Of a stretch of 60,369 nt of DNA, positions 39,452-48,871 are shown one piece after another; within the stretch, counting starts at the first letter, position 1, and every line of letters begins with the position of its first letter. The stretch is taken from assembly GCA_964510965.1 (NCBI GenBank), contig CAZECX010000004.1, positions 1-60,369 of the forward strand, in the 5' to 3' direction. Below the pieces are notes generated by a model that had not been told where the DNA came from, did not search any database, and was given only the letters and a program-made list of their open reading frames with translations. The position numbers and the translations under genes were made by a program. Source of the stretch: an uncultured Nitrospina sp. GTDB lineage: Bacteria; Nitrospinota; Nitrospinia; Nitrospinales; VA-1.

Positions 39452-40807
39452 CTATTTTAAAAAAAAATATATTTTTTTCGCGATTCCATATGCTGGATGC
39501 TCGTAATTATATGGTAATAACCTTTTCGCAAAATTTTTAGAAGTTGTTAAGAACATTTCGTAAAACCGTTCTTTGCCAATTCTTTTATTATATATCTTAA
39601 AGTACTCCTCAAGTTCTTCAATGGATTCTGCTCTTCCATTATCAGCATACTTTGTAACATAATAATCAAAATCTCCTTCGTAAAGGGATCTCATGTTGTG
39701 CAAAGTAGTTTTCATAAAGTTTCCAATTAACAAGTCATCAAAAATTTCATAATTTACTGCTTTCATCAAACTATTTCGGGGAGCTTCGAATGTAATCCCT
39801 TTATTTTTTTCTCCCTTTAGTTTGATAAAATTATCCTTATTTCCCACTCGGAAATTTATGAATGAAATAAACTGATTGACTTTTTCTTTTCTAGAAAAAT
39901 AGTCACTAATCCTGTTTAAGTCCTTTTGATTTAATTCTTCGGTCCAATCGTCGCCAAAAGTTTTAGAGTCCAATTGCTCTATCAAATTTTTTTCGACCTC
40001 AATCTGATGGATTTCACCATTCGAACAATTTACAATTGCGAATGGCGGAATATATTCTAAATCTTCATGGAATTTAATAGAATAGGCATCTATTGGGGTT
40101 GTGTATTTGTTTGTCCAAATGGAATCGTTTCTTTGGTATATATGGAAGGAACTAAAGGGAATTACACTATTTAAACCGAGAGATTTAGCATATAAAGACA
40201 AATCATTTCCAACATGGGTATTTTTTAATGCAATAGGTTCAATGAAATCTCCATTTTCATCATAAAAATTGATCATATCTGCGTCACCATATCCTGATAG
40301 CGTCAGCAAAAATTTTTTCCGATAATTCTTGGATATTTTCTTGATAATTCCAGTGCAACCTTTATCCCCAGCATCATTAAGATTTACAAATAAGTACCCA
40401 TTTATATCAACTAAAAGAATTGCGTTTTGAGTTACTGTGGTGATGCAAAACACCTTTATCTTTCCTGAAAGGTTTACCCACTTTCTGTCAGGAAGTATTC
40501 CTACATCAAAACCTTTTTGTTCAAGCCCGTCTTTTATTCTACTCCCTACGTGGTCCGGCAAAAGAATTTTATTGCTTTTGAAGCGTTCAATGCTGGAAGG
40601 ATTTAAATGATCTGGGTGTCCATGAGAAAACCAGATAAATTCTGCATTATGGATATCATTCTTTATTGGAGTAGGTATTTTATGAGACAGGTTCCAACTC
40701 CCAAAATACGCATCATCTTCCTCTCCAAACCAAGGATCTGTTGCCAAGATGCATTTCTTTTCATAAGCTACCAAAGTTGCATTTCCTATTGTTTTAAGGT
40801 GTGGCAT
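39452..40807 (-). CDS. MBL-fold metallo-hydrolase/oxygenase (UlaG / CMP-Neu5Ac-hydroxylase-like core)
   Basis: LATDPWF...YFGSWNLSH, FSHGHPDH metal motif, NLNDAG, IPFSSFH. Confidence 0.78.
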   Translation of the reverse strand: MPHLKTIGNATLVAYEKKCILATDPWFGEEDDAYFGSWNLSHKIPTPIKNDIHNAEFIWFSHGHPDHLNPSSIERFKSNKILLPDHVGSRIKDGLEQKGFDVGILPDRKWVNLSGKIKVFCITTVTQNAILLVDINGYLFVNLNDAGDKGCTGIIKKISKNYRKKFLLTLSGYGDADMINFYDENGDFIEPIALKNTHVGNDLSLYAKSLGLNSVIPFSSFHIYQRNDSIWTNKYTTPIDAYSIKFHEDLEYIPPFAIVNCSNGEIHQIEVEKNLIEQLDSKTFGDDWTEELNQKDLNRISDYFSRKEKVNQFISFINFRVGNKDNFIKLKGEKNKGITFEAPRNSLMKAVNYEIFDDLLIGNFMKTTLHNMRSLYEGDFDYYVTKYADNGRAESIEELEEYFKIYNKRIGKERFYEMFLTTSKNFAKRLLPYNYEHPAYGIAKKIYFFLK

Positions 40808-41174
40808 GATTCCATCTCTCCCCTGGTTCCTTTGTCGGACTGTTGGAAATTTAAAACTTGAGAATAATTTTGCCTCAAGATTTTTTGAATATCCCTTTTA
40901 CAAAAGCTCATTTGTTTTGCTTTGAAAATTTTGGTGGTCTTTTTTTTTCACAATTTACTTCAGGCTCAGACACATCTATAAATTATACCTTCATTGGCGG
41001 GGCAATGATTATTATCAAACGTTCCAAACTAAACGCAATTGTTTCTTCACTTGGAAAGCAAGTCCTTTGAACATTTATGTGTTTAAGAGTCACAGGGTAA
41101 ATATTTTCTGAGACTGAGAGCAGTTTTCTCCAATAACCTTTATCAGCAATCTCCTTAATGTGGTATGAGGGGGG

Positions 41175-41402
41175 TTAAGCAGGAGGGCTAGTTTCGCCGT
41201 ATTCGTTGAGTTTGTTACGTAGGGTGCGGATGCTGATTCCTAACGAGTCGGCAGCTTTTGTTTTGTTGCCGTTGACCTCTTCGAGGGTCTGCATGATGAG
41301 TTCCTTTTCCATTTCATAGATAGTTCCCGACAATCGCGGAGCCCCTTTTTCCTTGGAGTGCAATTCTTCATCGAAGAACAAATGCGATGGCAATATCGTA
41401 TC
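41175..41402 (-). repeat. Second copy of the 228-bp direct repeat (intact gene end)
   Basis: ~94% identical to 26258-26485, same orientation. Confidence 0.95.
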
Positions 41403-42551
41403 GTCCTGACACATCAGGCAGGATCGCTCAACAATATTCCCAAGTTCACGAATATTTCCCGGCCAACGATATTTTTTGAGCAGGGTTAGGGTTGCTGAAT
41501 CTATCTTTAAGGGAGATTTGTTATTTTCCTGACAAAACTGATGGATAAAATTATCTACGAGAACGGGAATATCATCGATTCTTTCTCTTAAAGGAATGAG
41601 GTTAATTGGAACTACGTTCAATCTGTAATAAAGGTCTTCACGAAACTGCTGATCCTGAATACGTTTTCGAATATCGCGGTTGCTGGTAGCGATGACTCGG
41701 ACATCTACCGGGATGGGCATTCGGCCGCCAATTTTATCGATTTCATGTTCCTGCAAAACGCGCAGTAGTTTGGCCTGCAATGGTAAGGACATTTCTGTTA
41801 CTTCATCAAGAAGCAATGAGCTGTTGTTTGCCATTTCAAACTTTCCTTCTTTGTTTTCAGTTGCACCGGTGAAGGAACCTTTTTCATGGCCGAACAGTTC
41901 TGATTCGAGCAAACCTTCTGGCAAGGCGGCACAGTTTACCGCCATGAAAGGTTTTTCTGAACGTGGACTGCATTGATGGATATAACGTGCGAACAGTTCT
42001 TTTCCCGTTCCAGTTTCACCCATGATGAGAACGGTTGACTTGCTGTATGAAACATTTTCGGCAAATTGCAGGAGCTTTTTCATTTCCTCATTCTGTGTAA
42101 CGATTCTTTTCATCTCTCCCAAAGTTTCCATTTGCGGGGAGGGACGAGGAACAGGAGGGGTGAAGCTGCCAGGGTCTAAAAATGCACGTTTTACTGTTGA
42201 AACCAGTACGTCTGCAGAAAAACCCGAACCTTTTATTAAATAGTCAAAGGCTCCTTCTTTCATTGCCTCAACAGCATTGTCTATTGTTCCATAGGCCGTC
42301 ATCATCACGACTTGAGTTTCGGGAGATTTTTCTTTTACTGCGCGCAACAATTCCAGTCCATTTATTTTTGGCATGCGAACATCGGTGAGAACGAGATCGA
42401 AATCATCGTCTTCCATTTTTTCTAATGCCCGTTTTCCATCCTCGGCACAGGTGAGCTGAAATCTTTCCCTTTTTAATGTGGTCTCTAATGCCACACGCAT
42501 TTCGGATTCGTCATCAACGATCAGAATTTTTTTAGATTCATTATTTTTCAT
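41175..42551 (-). CDS. Sigma54-dependent response regulator (REC-AAA-HTH), FleR/FlgR-like
   Basis: ILIVDDE, LTDVRMP, GETGTGKE, ESELFGHEKGSFTGA, FREDLYYRLNV, WPGNIREL, Fis-type HTH; start overlaps the kinase stop. Confidence 0.93.
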   Translation of the reverse strand: MKNNESKKILIVDDESEMRVALETTLKRERFQLTCAEDGKRALEKMEDDDFDLVLTDVRMPKINGLELLRAVKEKSPETQVVMMTAYGTIDNAVEAMKEGAFDYLIKGSGFSADVLVSTVKRAFLDPGSFTPPVPRPSPQMETLGEMKRIVTQNEEMKKLLQFAENVSYSKSTVLIMGETGTGKELFARYIHQCSPRSEKPFMAVNCAALPEGLLESELFGHEKGSFTGATENKEGKFEMANNSSLLLDEVTEMSLPLQAKLLRVLQEHEIDKIGGRMPIPVDVRVIATSNRDIRKRIQDQQFREDLYYRLNVVPINLIPLRERIDDIPVLVDNFIHQFCQENNKSPLKIDSATLTLLKKYRWPGNIRELGNIVERSCLMCQDDTILPSHLFFDEELHSKEKGAPRLSGTIYEMEKELIMQTLEEVNGNKTKAADSLGISIRTLRNKLNEYGETSPPA

Positions 42552-43812
42552 CGAAATCCTCATCCCAACATGGGATTTTTACTGTGAACGAAGTGCCTTT
42601 TCCCTCTTCACTGAATGCGTCTATCGTGCCTTGATGGGCCTTTATGATGTTGTGGGAAATCGCCAAACCGAGTCCGGTTCCTTTATCTTTCGTGGTGAAA
42701 AAGGGATTAAAAATTTTCGCAAGATTATCCGATGACATGCCAATGCCACTATCGGCTACTGTTACGGAAATATATTGACGTGTTGCAGAACCATTTTCCG
42801 AGCTTGAAGAAACAGAAGATTTTTCTGTGATGAGGCTCAACTCTCCACCGTCGGGCATAGCCTGGATCGCGTTATTGATAAGATTAGGGAATACCTGGCG
42901 CAATAGTTCCCGATCGCCATTAGCCAGCAAAGTTCCCTGACTGGATTTGCGTGTCACATTAACATTTTCTGGGACATGAACATTATTGATTCCCTCCAGA
43001 CATTCGGTGAGCAATAGGTTGATATCACATTGTTGGCGCGACGGCTGCGCGGATTTTGCGAATAATAGCAGGGTCGAAATGATGCGATCCATATTTTGCA
43101 CTCCGGATCGGATATGCTGAACCAGATTTTCTTTTTCAGTGTCTCCTTCAAGATCTTTTTTTAGAAGGGAGGCAAACAATTCGATGCTGCCTAAAGGATT
43201 CCTGATTTCATGTGCGATGCCTGCTGCCATTTCCCCCATCTCTCGCAGCCTTTGATTACGCTGTGCAAGTTCCTCCATCTTTCGGAACTCGGTCATATCT
43301 TGCAGGATTAAAATAGTGCCAATCTGACCTCCGTGGTTATCCCAAACGGGGGAGGCAGAGACCCGGACATGTAAAGTTCCTCCTTTTTCGTTGGGGATAT
43401 CTTTGTCCTGACTGATGGTTTCGCCGCGATTTTTCCCCAGTTTGGCGACAACGGGTTCAAATAATGGAAACACTTCTTTTAAAGTATTTCCCAGGCAGCT
43501 TTGTGGTTTGATCCCGGTTAGAGTCCCGGCAGTTTTATTATAAGTAGTAATGATTCCTGCGCGATCAACGACGATGACGCCATTGGTCTGGCTTTCGAGA
43601 ATATCGTTAAGATAATTTTTTACTCGCTCTTTCTCTGCCAGGTTTTTTTCCAGTTCTTCATTTTTATCGGATAGTTCAAGGTCAAGTTTTTTAACTCTAC
43701 CCTGAAGTTCATCGTAGGAATTTTGTAGCTGTGCGGTGACTTCGTTAAAAGCCTCCATATTCTGGATGAGGGTCTGGATTTCTTTACTTTTTTTACCGCC
43801 TGGGTTTGTCAT
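42541..43812 (-). CDS. Cytoplasmic coiled-coil-PAS histidine kinase, FleS/FlgS-like
   Basis: No TM; PAS ([13 protein letters not shown]), [40 protein letters not shown]. Confidence 0.92.
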   Translation of the reverse strand: MTNPGGKKSKEIQTLIQNMEAFNEVTAQLQNSYDELQGRVKKLDLELSDKNEELEKNLAEKERVKNYLNDILESQTNGVIVVDRAGIITTYNKTAGTLTGIKPQSCLGNTLKEVFPLFEPVVAKLGKNRGETISQDKDIPNEKGGTLHVRVSASPVWDNHGGQIGTILILQDMTEFRKMEELAQRNQRLREMGEMAAGIAHEIRNPLGSIELFASLLKKDLEGDTEKENLVQHIRSGVQNMDRIISTLLLFAKSAQPSRQQCDINLLLTECLEGINNVHVPENVNVTRKSSQGTLLANGDRELLRQVFPNLINNAIQAMPDGGELSLITEKSSVSSSSENGSATRQYISVTVADSGIGMSSDNLAKIFNPFFTTKDKGTGLGLAISHNIIKAHQGTIDAFSEEGKGTSFTVKIPCWDEDFDEK

Positions 43813-43860
43813 AGGAAGGATAGCAGTGGGTTTCCAATCTATTTCTATTATAAATTAAAA

Positions 43861-46449
43861 TCATCCTTCTTTTAATTGTTTTTCCCATTCCTGAATATTT
43901 GCGCTGGATTGGGCAGCGCGCTTGAGAATAGGATCTGCATTTTCGGCCTTGACCAGCCTGTTTATACCATCCTTTGATTTGTTTGCTTCCCCCTGCTGTT
44001 CATAGCTTTCAATCATAAGATAATCAGCCCAGTCTTTAAGAGGATTTTCCGGAAATAGTTCCTTCGCGGAATTGAAGGCTTCAATAGCTGCCTTAAATCG
44101 ATTGATTCTAAAAAGTGAAGTACCCAGATGATAATATGATTTCTGGATGTAATCTGGAATGACGCGCTCTTTCCTATCGTATTCGGCAATAGCATTTTGA
44201 TAGGACATGGCCGCTTCTGCGTATTTTTTCATTTCGGTTTTAGTTTCTGCGATTAAATAGTGAATCTCAGCCTTGTTTTTTGATAGCCCTAGCAATTCTT
44301 CGTACATGGTTATAGCGCCGAGAAAATTTCCGTTTCCTTTATGTGCCTGCGCAAGCAGTTTTTTAGCTTCGTTCAACCTTTTACTGCGTGGAAAATTTTT
44401 GATGAAGGAACGGCCAACCATAATGGCTTCGTCAAAGCTATTCTCTTCAAGGTGAATTTGGCCCAGGTTTAGAAAAATCCTGTCACGATAGGTTTTTTCA
44501 GAATCCAGTAACTTTACCTTTTCATAAAACTTGACTGCTTCAGGATACATTCCTATTGCCTGATAGGCCTCCCCAACCTGCAAAAGGGTTTTAGCGTTTT
44601 TAATATTTTTAATAGGCAAACTGACAAAATCACTATAAGAATAAAGAATCGGTAACATTCCGTTTTGTTTGGAATATTTGTCCACAAGAGCAATTAGAGC
44701 TTGCTTTACAAACCTTTCAGCTTCTTGAGAAAAACGGGACTCTGGCCCGAGTGGAAAAAGTTTTTTAAATTCCTCTATAGCTTTCAGGTAATTCTGTTCC
44801 AATAGATAAGCGATGCCGCGACTCAAGGTTACTTCAGCCAGTATCTCGACATTTTTCGCTTCCTGGAAAATTTTCTTATAGGTCGGGAACGGTTTGTAAT
44901 AATAAGAAACATCGAAAACAATGTCGTTGACTTTTAAACGTGGGCTTCGAATTCCAATATCCGCCATACGAATTCTTCCATATTGAGTGTCGGCACTGTC
45001 TTCTCGAATTATGTTTTCTTCTTTATCTAGGACAGGCTTTCCTTTTTCATCCAGTTTAACGACCTGTTTTTTGCTGGATTCATCAAACACTGCCAAAGCA
45101 TTTTGATAATTACCTTGAAGCAAATAGGTGTCGCCAACCCGGTTTAATGCTTTATGTGCATCTTTAGAAGTGGGATCCAGGTTCAGAAGATTAAAATAAT
45201 GTTTTCGAGCTTTAATATATTTTTCCTGGGAAAAATAAATTTCCGCCATATAAAAGTTTATTTCCGGTTTTTCATTTAGTTCGCCTGGCCAGCGCTTGGC
45301 ACCGGTCTCATAAATTTCAAGGGCCTGGTCGTAATCGTTTTTATTGAAAAATCGATTGGCGATTTCAAAAATTCCTGCTTTCGCATCTATGTTTTTGGGG
45401 GATTTTTTGAGAATCAGTTGAAATGCGTCGAACGCTTCTTTAAACCTTTCCTCTTTCATCAACATGGCAGCCAGGCTATTTTTTCGTGTTTCATTATATA
45501 AACTTTTCTTTTTTGTTTTCACACCCTGGTTGTAAAGAGTTCTTGCCTCAAGCCTGTACCCGATGTCATCGTAAATCGTAGCTACTTTTAGTAAGGCATG
45601 GTCGTAGAATTTTGATTTGGGATCTATTCTCATAGCAGCTTGGTAGGCAGCCAGTGCCCTATCATAATTGGGGTTGAGCTCTTTAAAAGTTTTACGATAT
45701 TCAGCTTCTGCCCTTAAATAAAGCGCTTGCCCCAAGTACTGGCTTTGGGGGAATTTTTCTGTGAATTCTTTTAAGACTTTGGAAGCAGAAGGATAATTCT
45801 GACTTTGAAACTCTTTAAGGGCTTTTTGATAATCTTCCCATCCATTTACAACTTTTTCCTGCTCATCCTTGCTTACGAATTCTTGAACTTTTTTTGAGGT
45901 GAAGCCAGCTAAACGGACTTTCTTTTCAGTAAAAGTATCCTCTTTTGGTCTCTTTAGTCCTTCTCCTATTTTTCCTTCTCTCTTTGAAGAGGGCAAGCCA
46001 CGAATTTTTGCTTTTAAAATGGGTTTTGCGTTTCCTTTAAGATCAACAATGATCTGAGGTTTCTCAGGATTCATGGAATGGAAAAAACGAGTGTTGGAGC
46101 GTTTTAAAACAAAAGTAATTTTTACTTTTCCTTCTCGCGAACTAACCGTAAACTGCTCGAGGTTTTTGTCGTTAAATGCCTTGCTGCGAACTCGCGGGCC
46201 CTTTTGAGTGTCTGGCAGAGTCAATACGATACGTTTTCCAGCAAAATCAGCATTCACCTGATATTTGACAGATTTGTTCAAATCTACCAAAATTCTCGTA
46301 TAAATAGGGTGAGGGCCGATTTTGACCGTTTTGAGCAACGAGTTGCTTCTAAAAAGTTCCTCCTGAGCCCAAACATCAGACATTACGAATGTTTGTGCTA
46401 ATAGCAATGCAAGAATAAGAAGCTTTTTGAATTTAGGTTTTAAAAACAT
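43861..46449 (-). CDS. Large exported TPR protein with N-terminal AMIN-like domain (flagellar-regulon associated)
   Basis: Signal peptide, TRILVDLN AMIN-like segment, many TPR/YfiO-like repeats; first gene of a TPR-kinase-regulator operon. Confidence 0.8.
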   Translation of the reverse strand: MFLKPKFKKLLILALLLAQTFVMSDVWAQEELFRSNSLLKTVKIGPHPIYTRILVDLNKSVKYQVNADFAGKRIVLTLPDTQKGPRVRSKAFNDKNLEQFTVSSREGKVKITFVLKRSNTRFFHSMNPEKPQIIVDLKGNAKPILKAKIRGLPSSKREGKIGEGLKRPKEDTFTEKKVRLAGFTSKKVQEFVSKDEQEKVVNGWEDYQKALKEFQSQNYPSASKVLKEFTEKFPQSQYLGQALYLRAEAEYRKTFKELNPNYDRALAAYQAAMRIDPKSKFYDHALLKVATIYDDIGYRLEARTLYNQGVKTKKKSLYNETRKNSLAAMLMKEERFKEAFDAFQLILKKSPKNIDAKAGIFEIANRFFNKNDYDQALEIYETGAKRWPGELNEKPEINFYMAEIYFSQEKYIKARKHYFNLLNLDPTSKDAHKALNRVGDTYLLQGNYQNALAVFDESSKKQVVKLDEKGKPVLDKEENIIREDSADTQYGRIRMADIGIRSPRLKVNDIVFDVSYYYKPFPTYKKIFQEAKNVEILAEVTLSRGIAYLLEQNYLKAIEEFKKLFPLGPESRFSQEAERFVKQALIALVDKYSKQNGMLPILYSYSDFVSLPIKNIKNAKTLLQVGEAYQAIGMYPEAVKFYEKVKLLDSEKTYRDRIFLNLGQIHLEENSFDEAIMVGRSFIKNFPRSKRLNEAKKLLAQAHKGNGNFLGAITMYEELLGLSKNKAEIHYLIAETKTEMKKYAEAAMSYQNAIAEYDRKERVIPDYIQKSYYHLGTSLFRINRFKAAIEAFNSAKELFPENPLKDWADYLMIESYEQQGEANKSKDGINRLVKAENADPILKRAAQSSANIQEWEKQLKEG

Positions 46450-46481
46450 ATTCTCTTATTTTGGTTTTTTTCAATAAATAA

Positions 46482-46497
46482 AGCAAATTTGATACCA
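46482..46497 (-). promoter_or_regulatory. Putative sigma54 promoter of the TPR-HK-RR operon
   Basis: Minus strand TGGTATCAAATTTGCT, 33 nt upstream of the ATG; same TGGTAT...TTGCT variant as the flgC promoter. Confidence 0.7.
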
Positions 46498-46634
46498 AGT
46501 CCGGTTCTACTTGGAGTTCAAAAGCCTTCTGAGGTTGTCGAAGCCTAAATTTTAAAACGATTTAGCCGTAAATATAGTATAAGATCGTTTGTTACTTTTT
46601 TCGACATTTTCATCAAAAACATTATGTAATAAGA

Positions 46635-46648
46635 GTCAGAAATTTGAC
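46635..46648. promoter_or_regulatory. FleQ-box-like palindrome
   Basis: GTCAGAAATTTGAC, exact GTCA-N6-TGAC, ~140 bp upstream of the sigma54 box. Confidence 0.5.
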
Positions 46649-46700
46649 TTAATAGCCTTTTTTATCTTTTTTATATAGTCTACTCGCCTCGGAGAAGGGA

Positions 46701-47780
46701 ATGAATACACCCGAACAATTGAAATGGCAAGAGTCTGAAACAGTTCGGAATCTGTTAAAGAAGCAAAATAACCTGCTGGGGGATTCCCTGGAAGCCCTGG
46801 ATCACCTGATCTATTTACAGAAAAGCATCAACCTCCTCAGCTCAGAGGAAATCGGTAAGGTAATGGCAGAAAAATTACCTTTTATTTTATCTGTAAAGTA
46901 TTTCTCATTTTTCCTGTTTGATAAAAATCACAAAAGGCTGCAACTCATGAGCCACAATCACCCTGAGTTAAAGGATGGCTTGTCAATCTACCAGAACGAT
47001 TCTCCCATCATGAAAGAAGCCATGACATCTGGCAGGTATATTTTCGAGCAGGATTTTGCAAGTTCAAGATATTTTCGTGGCCGCAAGAATCCGTTGTTCA
47101 AATGTGATTTTTTAGTTTCTATCCCTTTAATGATTGAGAACGAAATTATCGGGGTCTTGAATCTCAATGATAACGAAAAAGGATTTTATAATGTTGGTGA
47201 CCTGGATTTTGCTTTGAACGTTTCTGAGTTTGTTGCGCTTTCCATAAGCAACGCATTACTTTTTGAAACGGTGGAAAAACTATCTGTTACAGATGGTCTA
47301 ACGGGTTTGGACAATCACCAGCAGATGCAGACTCTTTTGAAAAATGAAGTGATTCGCTGCCAAAGATACGCGTCTTCCTTATCCATAATTATGATGGATA
47401 TCGACCATTTCAAAAATGTTAATGATACCTACGGTCACCAGAAGGGGGATGATATTCTTATAGATTTTGCATCAACTATGAAAAAGTTTTGTCGTTCAAA
47501 TGATGTTGCCGCAAGATATGGCGGTGAGGAATTCATTCTGGTACTTCCTGAAACAAAGGTCGAGGGGGCCTTCTATATTGCTGAGCGAATTCGGGAAGAA
47601 ATGGCAAGCCAGTCTTTTCATTATAAGGGTAAAGATTTTAAAGTGACGGTTAGTTGTGGAATAGCTGAGTATGATTCGAGCCTTATCAAAGATCCCGTAG
47701 ATTTAATCAAGATTGCGGATCAGGCTCTTTACAAGGCCAAACATGAAGGTAGAAACCGTACCATTGTAGGGTCGCCATGA
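46701..47780 (+). CDS. GAF-GGDEF diguanylate cyclase
   Basis: GAF (LVSIPLMIENEIIGVLNL), TDGLTGL, DIDHFKNVND, RSND I-site, RYGGEEF. Confidence 0.93.
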   Translation: MNTPEQLKWQESETVRNLLKKQNNLLGDSLEALDHLIYLQKSINLLSSEEIGKVMAEKLPFILSVKYFSFFLFDKNHKRLQLMSHNHPELKDGLSIYQNDSPIMKEAMTSGRYIFEQDFASSRYFRGRKNPLFKCDFLVSIPLMIENEIIGVLNLNDNEKGFYNVGDLDFALNVSEFVALSISNALLFETVEKLSVTDGLTGLDNHQQMQTLLKNEVIRCQRYASSLSIIMMDIDHFKNVNDTYGHQKGDDILIDFASTMKKFCRSNDVAARYGGEEFILVLPETKVEGAFYIAERIREEMASQSFHYKGKDFKVTVSCGIAEYDSSLIKDPVDLIKIADQALYKAKHEGRNRTIVGSP

Positions 47781-48631
47781 TTATTTCCCTTAAGGCGTTC
47801 CGATCCATAAAAAACCTTCCTTCTCTTCCAGAACAGATAAACAGTGTGCTTGTGGCTACTGGCTCCACTTCTTCCATGGATTATAATATCGTAGAAATTA
47901 TTCAATACGATCCTTCCATGGCATTGAGCGTTTTAAAAGTCGCCAACAGTCCTGTATATGGGTATTCCGCTAAAATTTCTTCACTACAGCAGGCGGCGGG
48001 TCTTCTGGGTCCGGGTGCGATTAAAAATATTATATTGCGCACGCCTATTCTGGAAAGGCAATTGACCCACCGCCAAAAAGATAGCTCTATAAACTTTGAA
48101 AATTTATGGTTGCATAGTAGTGTTTCCGCATCTCTCTCGGGCGGATTAGGACGCTTGATCGGCGGTTTGGAATCGGATGTCTGCTTTACAGCAGGGCTAA
48201 TCCACGATGCGGGGGTTATCGCATTATCTGCATACTATCCTCAAGAACTGGCAAAAGCCTTTGAAATTTCCCGAAGTGAAAAGGTAAACCTGCTTAATGC
48301 GGAAAAAAAAGTTTTTGGATTTAATAGCTTTGAAGTAGGCATGGAGTTATTGACCGCATGGAATTTTCCTGAGTCTCTCGTAAATTTATATCGATCCGAA
48401 ATATTGAAAAGTAAGCCGGATTCTGGATCCAAACCCGTTGCTGTTGTAGCACTGGCAAAATTACTTTCCAGGGAATGGGGTTACGCCGGGTGCCCCCACC
48501 TTCAAAATGTTTCGGATCGGGAAAAACTGCTCCAATTCCTTGAAATCACCCCTGAAGATTTATCCCGTTGGGAACCCGAACTTAAAAAATATGCAGACTT
48601 GGCTGTGAGCGTTTTAAATGGGAAAAACTAG
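47777..48631 (+). CDS. HDOD domain protein
   Basis: LPSLP, IQYDPSMALSVLKVANS, LWLHS, AGLIHDAG, AWNFPE; ATGA overlap with the DGC. Confidence 0.92.
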   Translation: MIISLKAFRSIKNLPSLPEQINSVLVATGSTSSMDYNIVEIIQYDPSMALSVLKVANSPVYGYSAKISSLQQAAGLLGPGAIKNIILRTPILERQLTHRQKDSSINFENLWLHSSVSASLSGGLGRLIGGLESDVCFTAGLIHDAGVIALSAYYPQELAKAFEISRSEKVNLLNAEKKVFGFNSFEVGMELLTAWNFPESLVNLYRSEILKSKPDSGSKPVAVVALAKLLSREWGYAGCPHLQNVSDREKLLQFLEITPEDLSRWEPELKKYADLAVSVLNGKN

Positions 48632-48832
48632 CCCACCTGTTGTATGAAAAAGGGTTCTGCCAGGTTTTGCCAAACCACAAAGCTTAAATTTCCACCATTT
48701 CACATTCGGCTAAGTATAGTGTCAATTTATGCTACGCTTTGAGGGGGGAATGATTCAACCCCTGCTTTTGAGCTTTGAGGAAGTTTTGACGGTTTAAGCC
48801 TATTTAGTTTGGTCTTTAAATGGCTGTTTTAT

Positions 48833-48860
48833 TTGACAATTATGGTTGTCTGGATATAAT
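48833..48860 (+). promoter_or_regulatory. Consensus sigma70 promoter
   Basis: TTGACA (48833-38)-N16-TATAAT (48855-60), 11 nt before the ATG at 48872. Confidence 0.75.
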
Positions 48861-48871
48861 GTTCCCTGACT

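Noticed and set aside
26486-41174. Prophage, ICE or transposon
   Set aside because: No integrase, transposase, relaxase or phage genes; only the direct repeat marks the block.
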